Below are positions 11,530 through 25,607 of a stretch of DNA of 64,000 bases, piece by piece. Origin of the DNA: Mobula hypostoma (taxonomy: Eukaryota). The translations under genes and the position numbers were made by a program. Under the pieces are notes generated by a model. That model was given only the letters and a program-made list of their open reading frames with translations, was not told the origin of the DNA and did no database searches. Position 1 is the stretch's first letter; every line of letters starts with the position of its first letter. The stretch is from the NCBI RefSeq assembly GCF_963921235.1, contig NC_086097.1:114826001-114890000 (forward strand), given 5' to 3'.

Positions 11530-14500
11530 ATCAGTATATCAGGAAGGAATAATCACCACTGCCTAGACCACTGCATGGTATCCTGTACTCCCAAATGAAC
11601 TGACGATTCATGGGCCCACCGAGCAAGTGCCAATAATGACATTTGAGGATGGTGGCTGTTAGGAGAGGATGAGGCAGCATGAAGTTCCCCCTTGTTTCGG
11701 ATGGACTCATCGATTTCCTTATGCCCTCCTGGGAGACAATGTTGCTTGGCAATTACCGTTCGTGATGGCAAGGGTATAAAGACAGGTTCCCATTTTGCCT
11801 TTTCCTTTCTTTTTCTTTTTAAATCTTTTTATTAAATAAGTATACAAAAAGGTAAGCCATATAGACACTAATACACTGTTAGAATATAATAAAATTACAG
11901 AAGATATTAATACAAAAAAATACTACAAACAATGTAATTTAAACATAACATACCAAGGTAACATAATAGTATACTGATTTTATATATATATATCAATAGA
12001 GAAAAAGAAAAAAAAACCCCCAAAAAAACCCACCGTGCAACTAACTAAAAGCAAAGCAAAGCAATGGGGTAACTTGAAACCAAACAGAGTTAAACTTAAA
12101 ATCACGTCCTCAATCCCGACCTCCATTAAAAACAGTAAAAAAAACAAGCAGGGTATATATTACATTAAATGAAAATATTGAATAAAAGATCTCCAAGTCT
12201 GTTCAAATTTAAATGAGGAGTCATAAAGATTGCTTCTAATTTTCTCCAGATTCAAGCATAATATCGTCTGAGAAAACCAAAAAAAGGTAGTTGGAGCATT
12301 AAGCTCTTTCCAATGTTGTAAGATGCATCTTTTCACCATTAAAGTAAGAAATGCAATCATTCTACGGGCTGAAGGGGAAAGATTACTGGAAATTTTAGGT
12401 AGTCCAAAGATAGCAGTAATAGGGTGAGGAGAGATATCTATATTCAATACCTTGGAGATAATATTAAAAGTGTCTCTCCAAAAAGTTTCCAAAGTAGGAC
12501 AAGACCAAAACATATGAGTTAAAGAGGCTATCTGCCCCGGACATCTATCACAAAAAGGACTAATATGAGAATAAAAGCGCGCTAACCTATCTTTGGACAT
12601 ATGTGCTCTATGAACAACTTTAAATTGAATTAGGGAATGTTTAGCACAGATAGAGGAAGTATTGATTAATTGTAAAATCTGCCCCCAGTCATCCACAGAA
12701 ATGGTAAACCCCAATTCCTGTTCCCAATCTACCCTAATCTTATCAAATGGAGCTTTCCTAAGTTTCATAATAATATTATAAATCATTGCCGAAGCACCTT
12801 TCTGACATGGATTAAGGTTGATTATAGTATCTAAAATGTATGTAGGAGGAAGCATTGGAAAGGAAGAAAGTATAGTACTTAGGAAATTTCTAACTTGTAG
12901 ATATCTAAAAAAATGTATTCTTGATAAGTTATATTTATTAGATAATTGTTCAAAAGACATAAGAGAACCATCTAAAAATAAATCCAAAAACCGTGAAATA
13001 CCCTTAGTCTTCCAAGTTTGAAAAGCACGATCCGTAAAAGAGGGAGGAAAAAATGTTACCTAAAATAGGAATCGCTAACCCAAATTGATTAAGATCAAAA
13101 AATTTTCTGAATTGAAACCAAATACACAAGGTATATTTAACTATCGGGTTAGACACCTGTTTAAGGCGTTTCAAATCAAAAGGAAGAGAGGAACCTAAAA
13201 TAGAGCCAAGTGTAAAACCCTGAACAGATTGTAATTCCAATGCTACCCATTTAGGAATGGATAGTATATCCTGGTCCAGTAACCAGAATTTCATATGTCG
13301 AATATTAATTGCCCAATAATAAAATCTAAAGTTAGGTAATGCTAAGCTTCCATCTCTCTTAGCTTTCTGTAAATGTATTTTACCCAGTCTCGGGTTTTTA
13401 TTCTGCCAAATAAATGAAGAAATTTTAGAGTCAACTTTGTCAAAAAAGATTTTGGAACAAAGATTGGTAATGCCTGAAATATATATAAAAATTTTGGCAA
13501 AAAAAAACATCTTTAATGCATTAATACGACCAATCAAAGTTAAATATAAAGGAAACCATTTAGATGAGAGTTGAGTAATATGGTCTATTAATGGTAAAAA
13601 GTTAGTCTTAAATAAATCTTTGTATTTACAAGTAATTTTAATCCCAAGATATGAAAAATAATTATTAATCAATTTAAATGGAAATTTATAATATAAGGGA
13701 AGTTGTTTATTAATCGGAAAGAGTTCACTCTTACTAAGATTTAATTTATAACCTGAAAAAAGACCAAATTGTGCTAATAACTCTAAAACAGCCGGGATGG
13801 ATTTTTGAGGATTAGAAATATATAAAAGTAAATCATCAGCATAGAGTGATAATTTATGGGACTTTAAGCCTCGAGTTATCCCAGTAATATTTGGAGATTC
13901 TCGAATGGCAATTGCAAAGAGGTTCTAATGCAATATCAAATAATAAGGGACTAAGAGGACAACCTTGTCGAGTACCTCGAAAAAGAGGGAAAAAAGGTGA
14001 ACTTAAAGAGTTAGTACGGACCGAGGCCACAGGAGAATAATATAACAGCTTAATCCAGGATATAAATTTCGAGCTAAAATTAAACATTTCAAGCACCTTA
14101 AATAAATAAGGCCATTCTACTCTATCAAAAGCTTTCTTGGCATCTAAAGAGATAACACACTCAGGAACATTTTGTGAGGGAGTATAAACGATATTTAACA
14201 GTGTACAAATATTATAAAAAGAGTAACGACCTTTAATAAAACCCGTTTGGTCTTCCGAAATAATAGAGGGAAGTACTTTTTCTAATCTATTTGCTAATAA
14301 CTTAGAAAAAACTTTAGAATCAACATTTAATAAAGATATTGGTCTATAAGATGCACATTGAGCAGGATCTTTATCCTTCTTTAATATTAAAGAAATTGAC
14401 GCTCTATTAAAAGATTCAGGAAGTTTACCAAGTTTCAATGAAGCCTCAAAAACCCTACAGAGCCAAGGGATTAATGAAGGAGCAAAACATTTATAAAATT

Positions 14501-16200
14501 CTACGGTAAACCCATCAGGGCCAGGAACTTTCCCCAAATTCATAGAGAAAATAACATTCTTAATCTCATCCATGGTAATGGGAGTATCTAACATAGAAGA
14601 CATATCCCATTTTGCCTTTTCCAAATGGAATAAACACCTTCCTAATACCAAAAGCAAATTTGCCAAAGGGCGTCGTGATAGAAGTTCCTGTTAACAAATC
14701 AGTTCCCAAAAGGTTTTCAGGTAGCTGGGAGATGAGCATGGGGACAGTCTCAGGAGCTCCCTGTCCGATTGGGAGGTAGATCTTTGTTCATACAGCACCA
14801 GTAAGCGGTCCCCCATATCCCTGGATACAGACTTGCTCCCCAGTTTTACGGATCTCGATTCCCATGTAATAAAGTAACCCCAGCCTCAGTGACCACCAGG
14901 GCGATTTGCCGCTGCTTATTGCCATGTCACCACCAAAGCGTAATAGGTACATACGGCCTCAGGTCTTCCTCTGGGATGCTGGAAATATGAGTTGCTATAG
15001 CAACAGCAGTGGTCCCAGAGCCCTGGCTATACCCCTAGGCAATGGGGTGAGTAAACCGCCATCCAGGGTCAAATTCAGCCAAGCCCAGATATCACCATGG
15101 AAACTTCTGGTTTTTGGGATTAACACTGGGGCTGGAAGGGCAACCAATACCTTTGTCTGGGTCATAAAATGCAGCCTGCTGGGTCACAATACTCATGCTA
15201 TAACACGTAAAGAACACCAGTAGGTACATCATTAATCTTTTCCTTATCCAGCTTTACCTTCAGCAGGGACAGAAATATTTCCTTTCTACTAAGACGGGGG
15301 GGGGGAGGGGGAGGGGAGGGGAGGGAGGGAGGGGGTTTGACGTTCTCTCCCCCCTCCCCTCCCTCCCAAGACAGGAGGAAGGGCTCGTGGATACCTGCTA
15401 CCGAGGCACAGTCATCGGCTGCTTTGGGGCATTTCTTGTTCCATTCATCATGTGCTTAGAATGCTCCTGCTGCTACAAGGATTTAAAAACAACCTGTTCC
15501 CGATCTCCATCTGATGCTTCAAGTTGGGCTAATAGACTGGTAGTCTCGGCGACAATCTAACAAAGCCAACAAGGCTCCTCTCAACCCTATTCCATCAATC
15601 GTGTGCGTGTACCCAGGGAAAGGAGGACAACTTCAGGGTGGTTATAAATGGCAGATTGTGTTTCCATATCACGGAGGTGTGAAATAGCCTCCAGCGGGAG
15701 GATTCCAGGGGCAAGGAGACATAGCCTAATCCAAAGGGTCAGGGTAACGAGTACGGACAGCTTTCAGGGAGCATTTAGCTCCATCAGCCTGACCAGCCCA
15801 CAATTCAGCCAGGACCAATGGGTCTGTCATTAACAGCCCTAAGTGAATCAATTCATTGACATTAAAACAACAATTGGGAGGCTCCTAAATCCCATGGGCG
15901 GGTGAGCCAATTGGGCAAGGAGTCCCCTGGCCACTGACGTAGTCTTTGGGCTAAATCGTGTAACTCGGTGAGGGTGTAGTTACGATAGGGGTCTCAGTAG
16001 TAGTAGGGACAGCCGCTGGAGCTCGATTTTGTTCATCAGCATTCCGGCATTCCTCTTTTCCTTTTATGTGAAAGAGGGAATGAGCCTTGATTAAATTGCT
16101 TTTGTCCTCATCCGAATCACCATCATACCAGGTATCCCGTCACCCACGGCAGTCTGTTCAGGCGTGGATCATTCAGCACGCTCCGTTTCATTTAAAATAG
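11530..16200 (-). mobile_element. Class III (ERV-S/ERV-L-like) endogenous retrovirus relic: gag, pro and deleted pol, interrupted by an L1
   Basis: Minus strand 14970-14625 gives EDLRPYVPITLWW*HGNKQRQIALVVTEAGVTLLHGN...IQGYGG...ISQLPENLLGTDLLTG...FGKFAFGIR. Across the L1 it continues EKAKWEPVFIPLPSRTVIAKQHCLPGGHKEIDESIR, then integrase-type ARWAHESSVHLG. Gag-like AVRTRYPDP...PWN...EAISHLRDM lies near 15660-15780. Outer boundaries approximate. Confidence 0.8.
11806..14604 (-). mobile_element. 5'-truncated L1-clade LINE (ORF2 RT plus C-terminal domain, 3' UTR, A-rich tail)
   Basis: ORFs 13854-14666, 13004-13672 and 12160-12987 contain PGPDGF, YRPISLLN, GTRQGCPLSP, YLGI and CDRC...HMFWSC; YADD at ~13835-13846. 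18-bp TSD TCCCATTTTGCCTTTTCC at 11788-11805 and 14605-14622. Confidence 0.93.
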
Positions 16201-16552
16201 TGAACTGAGAACTTAGAGGCCAACTCAAGCTGCAGTTGCTTGTTTTCCTCAGAGAGTTCAACTATTCTGATACTCAACTTCTACAATGTAGTCATTAAAA
16301 TCCACCCAACTTGAGGCAGAGAATCTCTCTTAGAATGAAAGCCGATATGCTTAAGACATTGTGATACTACACACTGAAGCTTAATGTCAGACAATTCAAC
16401 AAGTACCTTCTTCCAACGTCTGGCAGGACCCCATTTACTCAAAACATTAGCCAGTGAACCAAAACCCTCAGAACGTGATTTTTAATCTATTCAATATACA
16501 TATACTGTAATTGATTTACTTATTTATTATTAATTTATTTTTTTCTTCTTCT

Positions 16553-19348
16553 GATGAACTGAGAGCTTGGATACATACATGGAATTATGATGTAGTGGCC
16601 ATTACAGAGACTTGGCTGGCACCAGGGCAGGAATGGATTCCCAATATTCCTGGATTTCAGTGCTTTAAAAGGGATAGAGAGGGTGGAAAAAGGGGAGGAG
16701 GGGTGACATTACTGGTCAGGGATACTATTACAGCTACAGAAAGGGTGGGTCATGTAGCAAGATCCTCTTTTGAGTCAGTATGGGTGGAAGTCAGAAACAG
16801 GAAGGGAGCAGTTACTATATTAAGGGTATTATATAGGTCCCTTGGTAGCAGCAGAGATACAGAGGAGCAGATTGGGAGGCAGATTTTGGAAAGGTGCAAA
16901 AATAACAGGGTTGTTATCATGGGTGACTTTAACTTCCCTAATATTGATTGGCACCTGATTAGTTCCAAGCGTTTAGACGGGGCAGAGTTTGTTAAGTGTG
17001 TCCAGGATGGATTCCTGTCACAGTATGTGGACAGGCTGACAAGGGGGAATGCCATACTAGATCCAGTACTTGGTAACAAACTGGGTCAGGTCACAGATCT
17101 CTCAGTGGGTGAGCATCAGGGGGACAGTGACCACAGCTCTCTGGCCTTTAGCATTATCATGGAAAAGGATAGAATCAGAGAGGACAGGAAAATTTTTAAT
17201 TGGGGAAGAGTAAATTATGAGGCTATAAGGCTAGAACTTGCGGGTGTGAATTGGGATGATGTTTTTGCAGGGAAATGTACTATGGACATGTGGTCAATGT
17301 TTAGGGATCTCTTGCAGGATGTTAGGGATAAATTTGTCCCGGTGAGGAAGATAAAGAATGGTAGAGTGAAGGAACCATGGGTGACAAGTAAGGTGGAAAA
17401 TCTAGACAGGTGGAAGAAGGCAGCATACATGAGGTTTAGGAAGCAAGGATCAGATGGGTCTATTGAGGAATATAGGGAAGCAAGAAAGGAGCTTAAGAAG
17501 GGGCTGAGGAGAGCAAGAAGGGGGCATGAGAAGGCCTTGGTGAGTAGGGTAAAGGCAAACCCCAAGGCATTCTTCAATTATGTGAAGAACAAAAGGATGA
17601 CAGGAGTGAAGGTAGGACCGATTAGAGATAAAGGTGGGAAGATGTGGCTGGAGGCTGTGGAAGTAAGCGAGGTCCTCAATGAATACTTCTCTTTGGTATT
17701 CACCAATGAGAGGGAACTTGATGATGGTGAGGACAATATGAGTGAGGCTGATGTTCTGGAGCATGTTGATATTAAGGGAGAGGAGGTGTTGGAATTGTTA
17801 AAACACATTAGGGTGGATAAGTCCCCGGGGCCTGACGGAATATTCCCCAGGCTGCTCCACGAGGCGAGGGAAGAGATTGCTGAGCCTCTGGCTAGGATCT
17901 TTATGTCCTCGTTGTCCACGGGACTGGTACCAGAGGAACTGAGGGAGGCGAATGTTTTCCCCTTGTTCAAAAAAGGTAGTAGGGATAATCCGTGTAATTA
18001 TAGACCAGTGAGCTTTACGTCTGTGGCGGGAAAGCTGTTGGAAAAGATCCTTAGAGATAGGATCTATGGACATTTAGAGAATCATGGTCTGATCAGGGAC
18101 AGACAGCACGGCTTTGTGAAGGGCAGATCGTGTCTAACAAGCCTGATAGAGTTCTTTGAGGAGATGACCAGGCATATAGATGAGGGTAGTGAAACGGATG
18201 TGATCTACATGGATTTTAGTAAGGCATTTGACAAGGTTCCAGTGTAGACTTATTCAGAAAATCAGAAGGCATGGGATCCAGGGAAGTTTGGCCAGGTGGA
18301 TTCAGAATTGGCTTGCCTGTAGAAGGCAGGGAGTAGTGGTGGAGGGAGTACATTCAGATAGGAGGGTTGTGACTAGTGGTGTCCCACAAGGATCTGTTCT
18401 GGGACCTCTACTTTTCGTGATTTTTATTAACGAACTGCATGTGAGGATAGAAAGGTGGGTTGGCAAGTTTGCAGACGACACAAAGGTTGGTGGTGTTGTA
18501 GTTAGTGTAGGGGATTGTCGAAGATTACAGAGAGACATTGATAGGATGCAGAAGTGGGCTGAGAAGTGGCAGATGGAGGTCAACCCGGAGAAGTGTGAGG
18601 TGGTACACTTTGGAAGGACAAACTCCAAGGTAGAGTACAAAGTAAATGGCAGGATACTTGGTAGTGCGGAGGTGCGGAGGGATCTGGGGGTACCTGTCCA
18701 CAGATCCCTGAAAGTTGCCTCACAGGTAGATAGGGTAGTTAAGAAAGCTTATGGGGTGTTAGCTTTCATAAGTCGAGGGATAGAGTTTAAGAGTCATGAG
18801 GTAATGATGCAACTCTATAAAACTCTGGTTAGGCCACACTTGGAGTACTCTGTCCAGTTCTGGTCGCCTCACTATAGGAAGGATGTGGGAGCATTGGAAA
18901 GGGTACAGAGGAGATTTACCAGGATGCTGCCTGGTTTAGAGGGTATGGATTATGATCAGAGATTAAGGGAGCTTGGGCTTTACGCTTTGGATAGAAGGAG
19001 GATGACAGGAGACATGATAGAGTTGTACAAGATATTAAGAGGAATAGATAGAGTGGATAGCCAGCGCCTCTTCCCCAGGGCACCACTTGTCAATACAAGA
19101 GAATATGGCTTTAAGGTAAGGAGTGGGAAGTTCAAGGGGGATATTAGAGGAAGGTTTTTTACTCAGAGAGTGGTTGGTGCCTGAGTCAGTGGTGGAGGCA
19201 GATAGACTCGTGAAGTTTAAGAGACTACTAGACAGGTATATGGAGGTATTTAAGTTGGGGGGTTATATGGGAGGCAGGGTTTGAGGGTTGGCACAACATT
19301 GTGGGCCGAAGGGCCTGTAATATGCTGTTCTATTCTATGTTCTCTGTT
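16553..19348 (+). mobile_element. CR1 LINE, near-complete ORF2 (APE endonuclease + RT) with one frameshift at ~18240
   Basis: ORFs 16511-18247 and 18228-19184 contain VAITETWL, MGDFN, SDH, KSPGPDG, YRPVS, QHGF, DFSKAFD, GVPQGSVLGP and FADD. Tail of TTCTATG-type repeats; sits in a TTC-repeat target. Confidence 0.96.
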
Positions 19349-22300
19349 CTTCTTCTTCTATATTATATATTGCATTGAACAAATTTCATGACACATGCCG
19401 GTGATAATAAATCTGCTTCTGATTCTGATCAGTCCACCTGGGCATCTGATAAGTATTGGGTACAGTATTGCTTGACCTCTTCCTTTTCCCTACCCTGCTC
19501 GTCACACCAAAATGTAATGGGCTGGGTTGATCCGACCCAACAATTCAAGTATCCAGGAGATGTGGTAACAAGTGTACAGACACAACAAAGTATCATGAAA
19601 TAGAAAGCACAAATAAACCACACAAAATACTACACAAGAAGTCACAAAGGTTTCCATAAAGATTTCAGGGTTCATGATTCTTAGTCATACTTGCTTGTTG
19701 CCATTAGGGCATCTCTGAGTTCCAACTCGCCCATGAAACCACCCCTGGGTCCTCAGCACCAATCACGATTTCTGCCACTCATTTGAAATCCAATGAAACC
19801 AGGAAGGGCAGCCCAGTAAATACGAGTTTCAGAAGCAGAGGGATATCCTGAAACAGAGGTACTCATTGTTCTTACATTAACTCAGCTTGTATTCTTTCAT
19901 TGAAACACCAAGCTCATTAACTGTGTTCAACATACCCTCAATAATCAATTAGACATTGTAATGGTCACTCCCCATTAGCTCGAGGCAAACAACATTCCTT
20001 TGGTCTTACAGAAAGGGCATTAATGTCTACACACATAAACTACAAGCTTGAATGCAGCCACGAAGAAAGAATCCATCAACCCAGCTCTCAAATTGACCAA
20101 CGAACAATTAGTCATTAACAAACATTAACAGATTTAGAGTGTTTATTCTCTACAAGCTCTTCACAAACTTTACCCACTATGCTGACACACCCCATATGCT
20201 AACAGTTCAGAAAGAGCTAAAATGTCATTTCACCCTCCAGACATTTATCCATTTTTCACAAAATTTAATATAGCATAGGGCACAGCTTTAGAGTAAGGAA
20301 GTATCCTTAGAACAGAAATGAGGAGGAATTTCTTTAGCCAGAGGATAATGAATCTGTAGAGTGCATAGCCACAGATGGCTGTCGAGGCTACATCATTAGA
20401 TATACTTAATGCAGAGACTGATAGCTCTTGATTAGTAAGGGCTTCAAAGGTTTGGGGAGAAGGCAGGTGAATGGGGTTGGGAGGGATAATAAATCAGCCA
20501 TGATGCAATAGTGGAGCAGACCCAATGGGCCAAATGGCTTAATTCTGCTCCTATGAATTATGGATTTATGGTGTAGGAGTGGGAATCTGAATCTTAAGTA
20601 CACATTGAGATTCTAGATTCAGGTTTTACAGTGAAGTGCTTTGCTTGCAGTAACACCTAAGAATGTGCTGGGGGCAGTCCACAAGTGTTGTCACATATTC
20701 CAGTGGCAACATTACATGCCTACAATACTCCACTGAACAACACAGAACACCACAAGCAACAAAACAACAAGAGGAAAACAAGCCCTATTCCTCCCTCCCA
20801 CCCATACATCTACATAGTCCCCTAACACCAGGACACGCTGTCTTCCTTGGCATCCAGTTTCCAGCGGACTTGGACTCACGGATATTGGGTCTTTGACTCA
20901 CCGAGATTCATAGGGGGGTAGATTGGTAAACCCTAATGTATTGTGTGAGGAAATAGCACAATATTTCTGTTGGGTATCTACAAGAATTTCCCTTCTGTTA
21001 GCAGTGTGAGCATCAAGCTGAAATTGAGAGTTTGGCTCACTTTTAGAAATCTATTTGTAAGTAATTAGATTGTTTAAGAATGTATAACACAGAACAAACA
21101 AAATACCAGCTGTACCAATTCCAATGAAGCTAATTCAGTATTCAGGCCAGCATTTGGAAATTAAGGTTGCACTTTTTGACTGCTAATGTTGCAAATCCTC
21201 AATAAAAGATGAGTTCTTATTTAATTTCTCACTTGCAATTCACAATAAAAAATGTACCATTAATTAAAGCATTTCTGAAAGCGATATTAAACTGTCATAT
21301 TCCTATTCATCAATCTGGCTGCTTTGCAATATTCTCTTCTATCATTGTGGATTCTGAAGACAGATTTTATTGTCTGAACAAGCAGGACTGCTGTATAAAA
21401 TCAATAGGGTCTTTGCATATAATACAACTATTATACCAGGGGTTTGCTGCACAGAATTTCAGCCATTTATTCACCTGAAATGATTAGCCATGTCGCTGTA
21501 AAGTAGCATATTAATAAGGTGTGTGATTCATCTGGATATAGGGCAGGTATATGGTGAATTAATCTGGGTCACAGGCACTGCATATTTGGCCAGTTTTTAC
21601 CCTGGGACTTCTGTTTGTGGCTTCAGCAGATGGAGGTAGGTAGGCCTCAGAAAGAGAAACTTTTGCTTCTAAGTTTAGCAAGTTTACACATTTACCTGTA
21701 AAGAACAGACTAGATTTTCTTTCGTGCACTGCGCCATTGTGCACCACACAAAGGAATTTAATCAAAAACACCTCAATAGTACAATAGTTCTATTTAATAC
21801 AAGAGAATGTTTACAACATACGACATGAAATTCTTATTCTCCGCAGACATCCTCAAAACAGAAGAAAATCCCCAAAGAATAAATGACAGAAAAAAACGTA
21901 AGAACCCCAAAGCCGCCTACCCTCCTCTTACACACAAGCAGCAGCATCTACCCTCCCTCTCCCCCTCCCCCCACTTATCCTTACATAAAGCATCAGCATT
22001 TCCACCACCCGCCATGCAGACAACAGCAAAGCCTCCAACAGAGACCATGGTACATCAAAAACTTACTGTTCACTCCAACATTTCAACATCCTCCAGGCGC
22101 TGTCTCTCACAAACAAGGGAGAGACAGATATCACTCCATCCACACCGAGAGGGGAGACACCAGTTGCTGTTTTGATGTTACAGTCCACCTGAAGTGTTGC
22201 TTTTTATTTTGAGTTCCCCGACTCGAGAGTCAGCGGCAAACTCTCACTCACCATCGAGAGAGGGAAAGAGCGATCAATTACTGCGTACAGCCTCCGACAG

Positions 22301-24741
22301 CCTTGCTCGCTGTCTTCAATATTTTGGTTCCCACCACATTTCAGCTAATGACACTGACAAGAATTCATATCCACAGGACAGCATCCCGAAGGTGCCCGAC
22401 TGCAGGCCGAACCTGGACATATTGAAAGTATAGCCAATTGGCAAGCTCCAAGAAGGGGAACATGCTACCATGCAGTACCAAGTTTGAGTGCCGCTGTAGG
22501 TGAAAGACCCTGACTGGACCCCTGCCACTCTGAAAAGGAAAATAGAGATATTGGAAGAGGAAAAATTTAACTGTTTTACTGATGGGTGGGAAGAAGTCAC
22601 CCTCTGATGGCATCTTTAGCTCGTCAAGCACAATCTGAATCTTTGTGTCTAAATCGGTCCTTCTACAAATTATTCTAGACCTTCATGATAGCTTTTCACA
22701 TGGGTGCTTGCTTTGGTATTGTCAAACATGATATCATATGTTGGGATATGAGTGCTAGATGCACAAAATTCATTTGGGTATCTGTGGTCCATGGACGGCA
22801 TGAGTCATCCATGGAGAATCAGGTCTGGTCTGGAGAGGTTTGGCATTAGGGAATGGGACTGGCCAAACTTAGGATGTGGTTAGTTGGTCCCGAGGTGTGA
22901 CTCTCCTAATAGGTGGCTTCTCTTTAAGAAACTGATCTGGTCTCTGCCTCCATGGTTGTCATCACTCCTACCCTTCCCTCTGTTTTCAACTCCTTCATTC
23001 CTTACTGATCATATCATTCAGGCTCCAGATCAAACCTTCAACCATCTTCCCACTGTCATTGCCGATGGACTGGACTCTGAAAAATCGCACTCATTTCTCA
23101 ATCACATTTTATTTACTTGTACACGAGGAGAACAGCAAGGTCCCTGTCACCAAACTGTACTGCAGTCTGAACAGAGAGATATCACTTTTATACAGATTTG
23201 CCTAGCTCTTATTGATATTGACCATTTGGAAAACTGCGGATGTTTGAATTCCTAACTTGCAAGATCAATCTTCATCCACAACACAAGTGTTAAAAGTCAG
23301 TGGAAACTACAAGCTATCAACTGATGACACACTGAAGTTAGTAAAATGATGCCCCTTAATGTCATTTCTTTGAATCCTTCTGTTACCTTCTTATCTTATC
23401 TCATTAAGCCAAAATGTCTCCTGACTCCAGTTGTAAAAAGGAAAACTATGCTCTTCAATGACCTTTCTTGCTTGAGCTGTCTATACTCTATCTGCAATCT
23501 ATCCTTGTCTGGACATTGTGTTAACCTTTGCCTCACCTCAACTTCCACATCACCACCAATTCCTGCCTGATTTGTCTCCAAGCCACCCCTCAGTTGGAAT
23601 CCTAATCATGTCTCCAATTTCTCTTTTCCCTCCAGTTATACATGAACTTAGGCCCTGACATCTTTACATCCAATCATCACCATCATCATCATCATTATGC
23701 GGCATGTCATATGACATGGGTGATTATGGTCCATGATTGTTCCTGGCAAATTTTTCCTCAGAAGTGGTTTGCTATTGCCTTCTTCTGGGCAGTGTCTTTA
23801 CAAGATGGGTGACTGCAGTCATTATTAATACTCTTTAGAGGTTGTCTGCCTGGCATCAGTGGTCACATTACCAGGACTTGTGATAGGCACCAGCAGCTCA
23901 TACCACCATCCACCATCTGCTCCTATGGCTTCACATGACCCTGATCAAGGGGACAAGCGGGTGCCCAAGGGTGACCTGCGGGTTAGCAGAGGGAAGGACC
24001 ATGTTACACGTCCTTTGGTAGAGACTATCTCCACCCCACCCCCCATTTACACCCAATATCTCCTTAATTTAAAATCCCTTCTCCAGTGTCTATTCTCTTG
24101 ACATCTTCCTCCTTAATTAGAAAACCCTCCTCAAATCCAAGCTTGACCTCCACTGGAAGTGGCAAGTTGTCTGGTTAAGAAGTCTTTGTATTTATTTCCA
24201 TATGCAGAATCCGTCCTTCCATGCATAGTTCCACTTGCTGTTGCTCTACGGCCTTGTGTGGCATTAATATGGACCTAGGTACAGTGCAGGTGTAAATATT
24301 AGCTTTGTCACATGTGCATCGAAACATACAGTATAGTGAAATATGTTGTTCGTATCACTGACCAACACAGTCCAAGGATGTGCTGGGGGCAGCCCACAAG
24401 TGACGTCATGCTTCTGGCGCCAACATCTCACTAGCCCTAACCTGTACGCCTTTGGAACGTGGGAGGACACTGGAGCAAACCAACGAAGTCATGCGGAGAG
24501 TGTACAAGCTCCTTGCCAATAGAGATCGGAATCGAACCCTGATCACTGGCACTGTGAAGCATTACGCTAACTGCTATATTACTGTACCACCCATTGCTAC
24601 AAGTTGAAATTGTTGGCTTAGATTCTGAAAAAGTTCTACTTATGTCGTTGCAGCAAGGTTTTACATGCAGCCATACTTTACTGAGGTGGGGGGCATGAGT
24701 TATATATGCACTTGATACAAGAAATAATGTTTTACCACCCA

Positions 24742-25607
24742 CAGCTCCAATCTGCTAATTAAATTTGCTGACGATACTCCACTGATTGGCCTTATCTCAA
24801 ATAATAATGAGGCAGCCTACAGGGAAGAAGCCATCACTCTGACACAGTGGTGTCAAGAAAACAACCTCTCCCTCAATGTCGCAAAAACAAAGGAGCTGGT
24901 TGTGGACTAAAGAGGAATGGAGACAGGCTAAACCCTATTGACATTAATGGATCTGGAGTTGAGAGGGTAAACAGCTTTAAGTTCTTTGCCATACACATCA
25001 CGGAGGATCTCATGTGGTCTGCACATACCGGCGGAGTGGTGAAAAAAACACAACAGTGCCTCTTTCACCTCAGATGGTTGAAGAAGTTTGGCATGAGTTC
25101 CCAAATCCAAAGGACTTTTTACAGGGGCACAACTGAGAGCATCCTGACTGGCTACATCACTGTCTGGTATGGGAACTGAGCTTCTCTCAATCGCAGGACT
25201 CTGCAGAAAGAGGTGCGGACAGCCCAGCGCATTTGTACATGTGAACTTCCCATGATTCAGGACATTTACAGAGACAGGTGTGTAAAAAGGGCATGAAGGA
25301 TCATTGGGAACCCGAGTCACACCAACCACAAACTTTTCCAGCTTCTGCCATCCGGGAAACGGTACCGCACCATTAAAAACAAGACCAACAAGCTCCAGGA
25401 CAGCTTCTTCCACCAGGACATCATACTGATTAATTCCCGCTGATACAATTGTATTTCTATGCTATATTGACTGTCCTGTTATACATACTATTTATTACAA
25501 ATTATTATAAATTGAACATTGCATATTCGGACGGAGACATAATGTAAAAATTTTTACTCCTTATGTATGTGAAGGATGTAAGAAGTAAAGTCAATTCAAT
25601 TCAATTC
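24742..25607 (+). mobile_element. Rex1/Babar LINE 3' portion (RT C-terminus, 3' UTR)
   Basis: KFADD, WCQENNLSLNVAKTKEL and ESILTGYITVWYG motifs; (TTCAA)n tail. Confidence 0.88.

Noticed and set aside
13854..14666. ORF N-terminus MANLLLVLGRCLFHLEKAKW as part of L1 ORF2
   Set aside because: It lies in or beyond the TSD and belongs to the flanking ERV sequence; it is a chance fusion.
16750..18640. Antisense ORFs over CR1, L1, PLE and Gypsy sequences
   Set aside because: Shadow ORFs of the coding strand with no recognisable domains.
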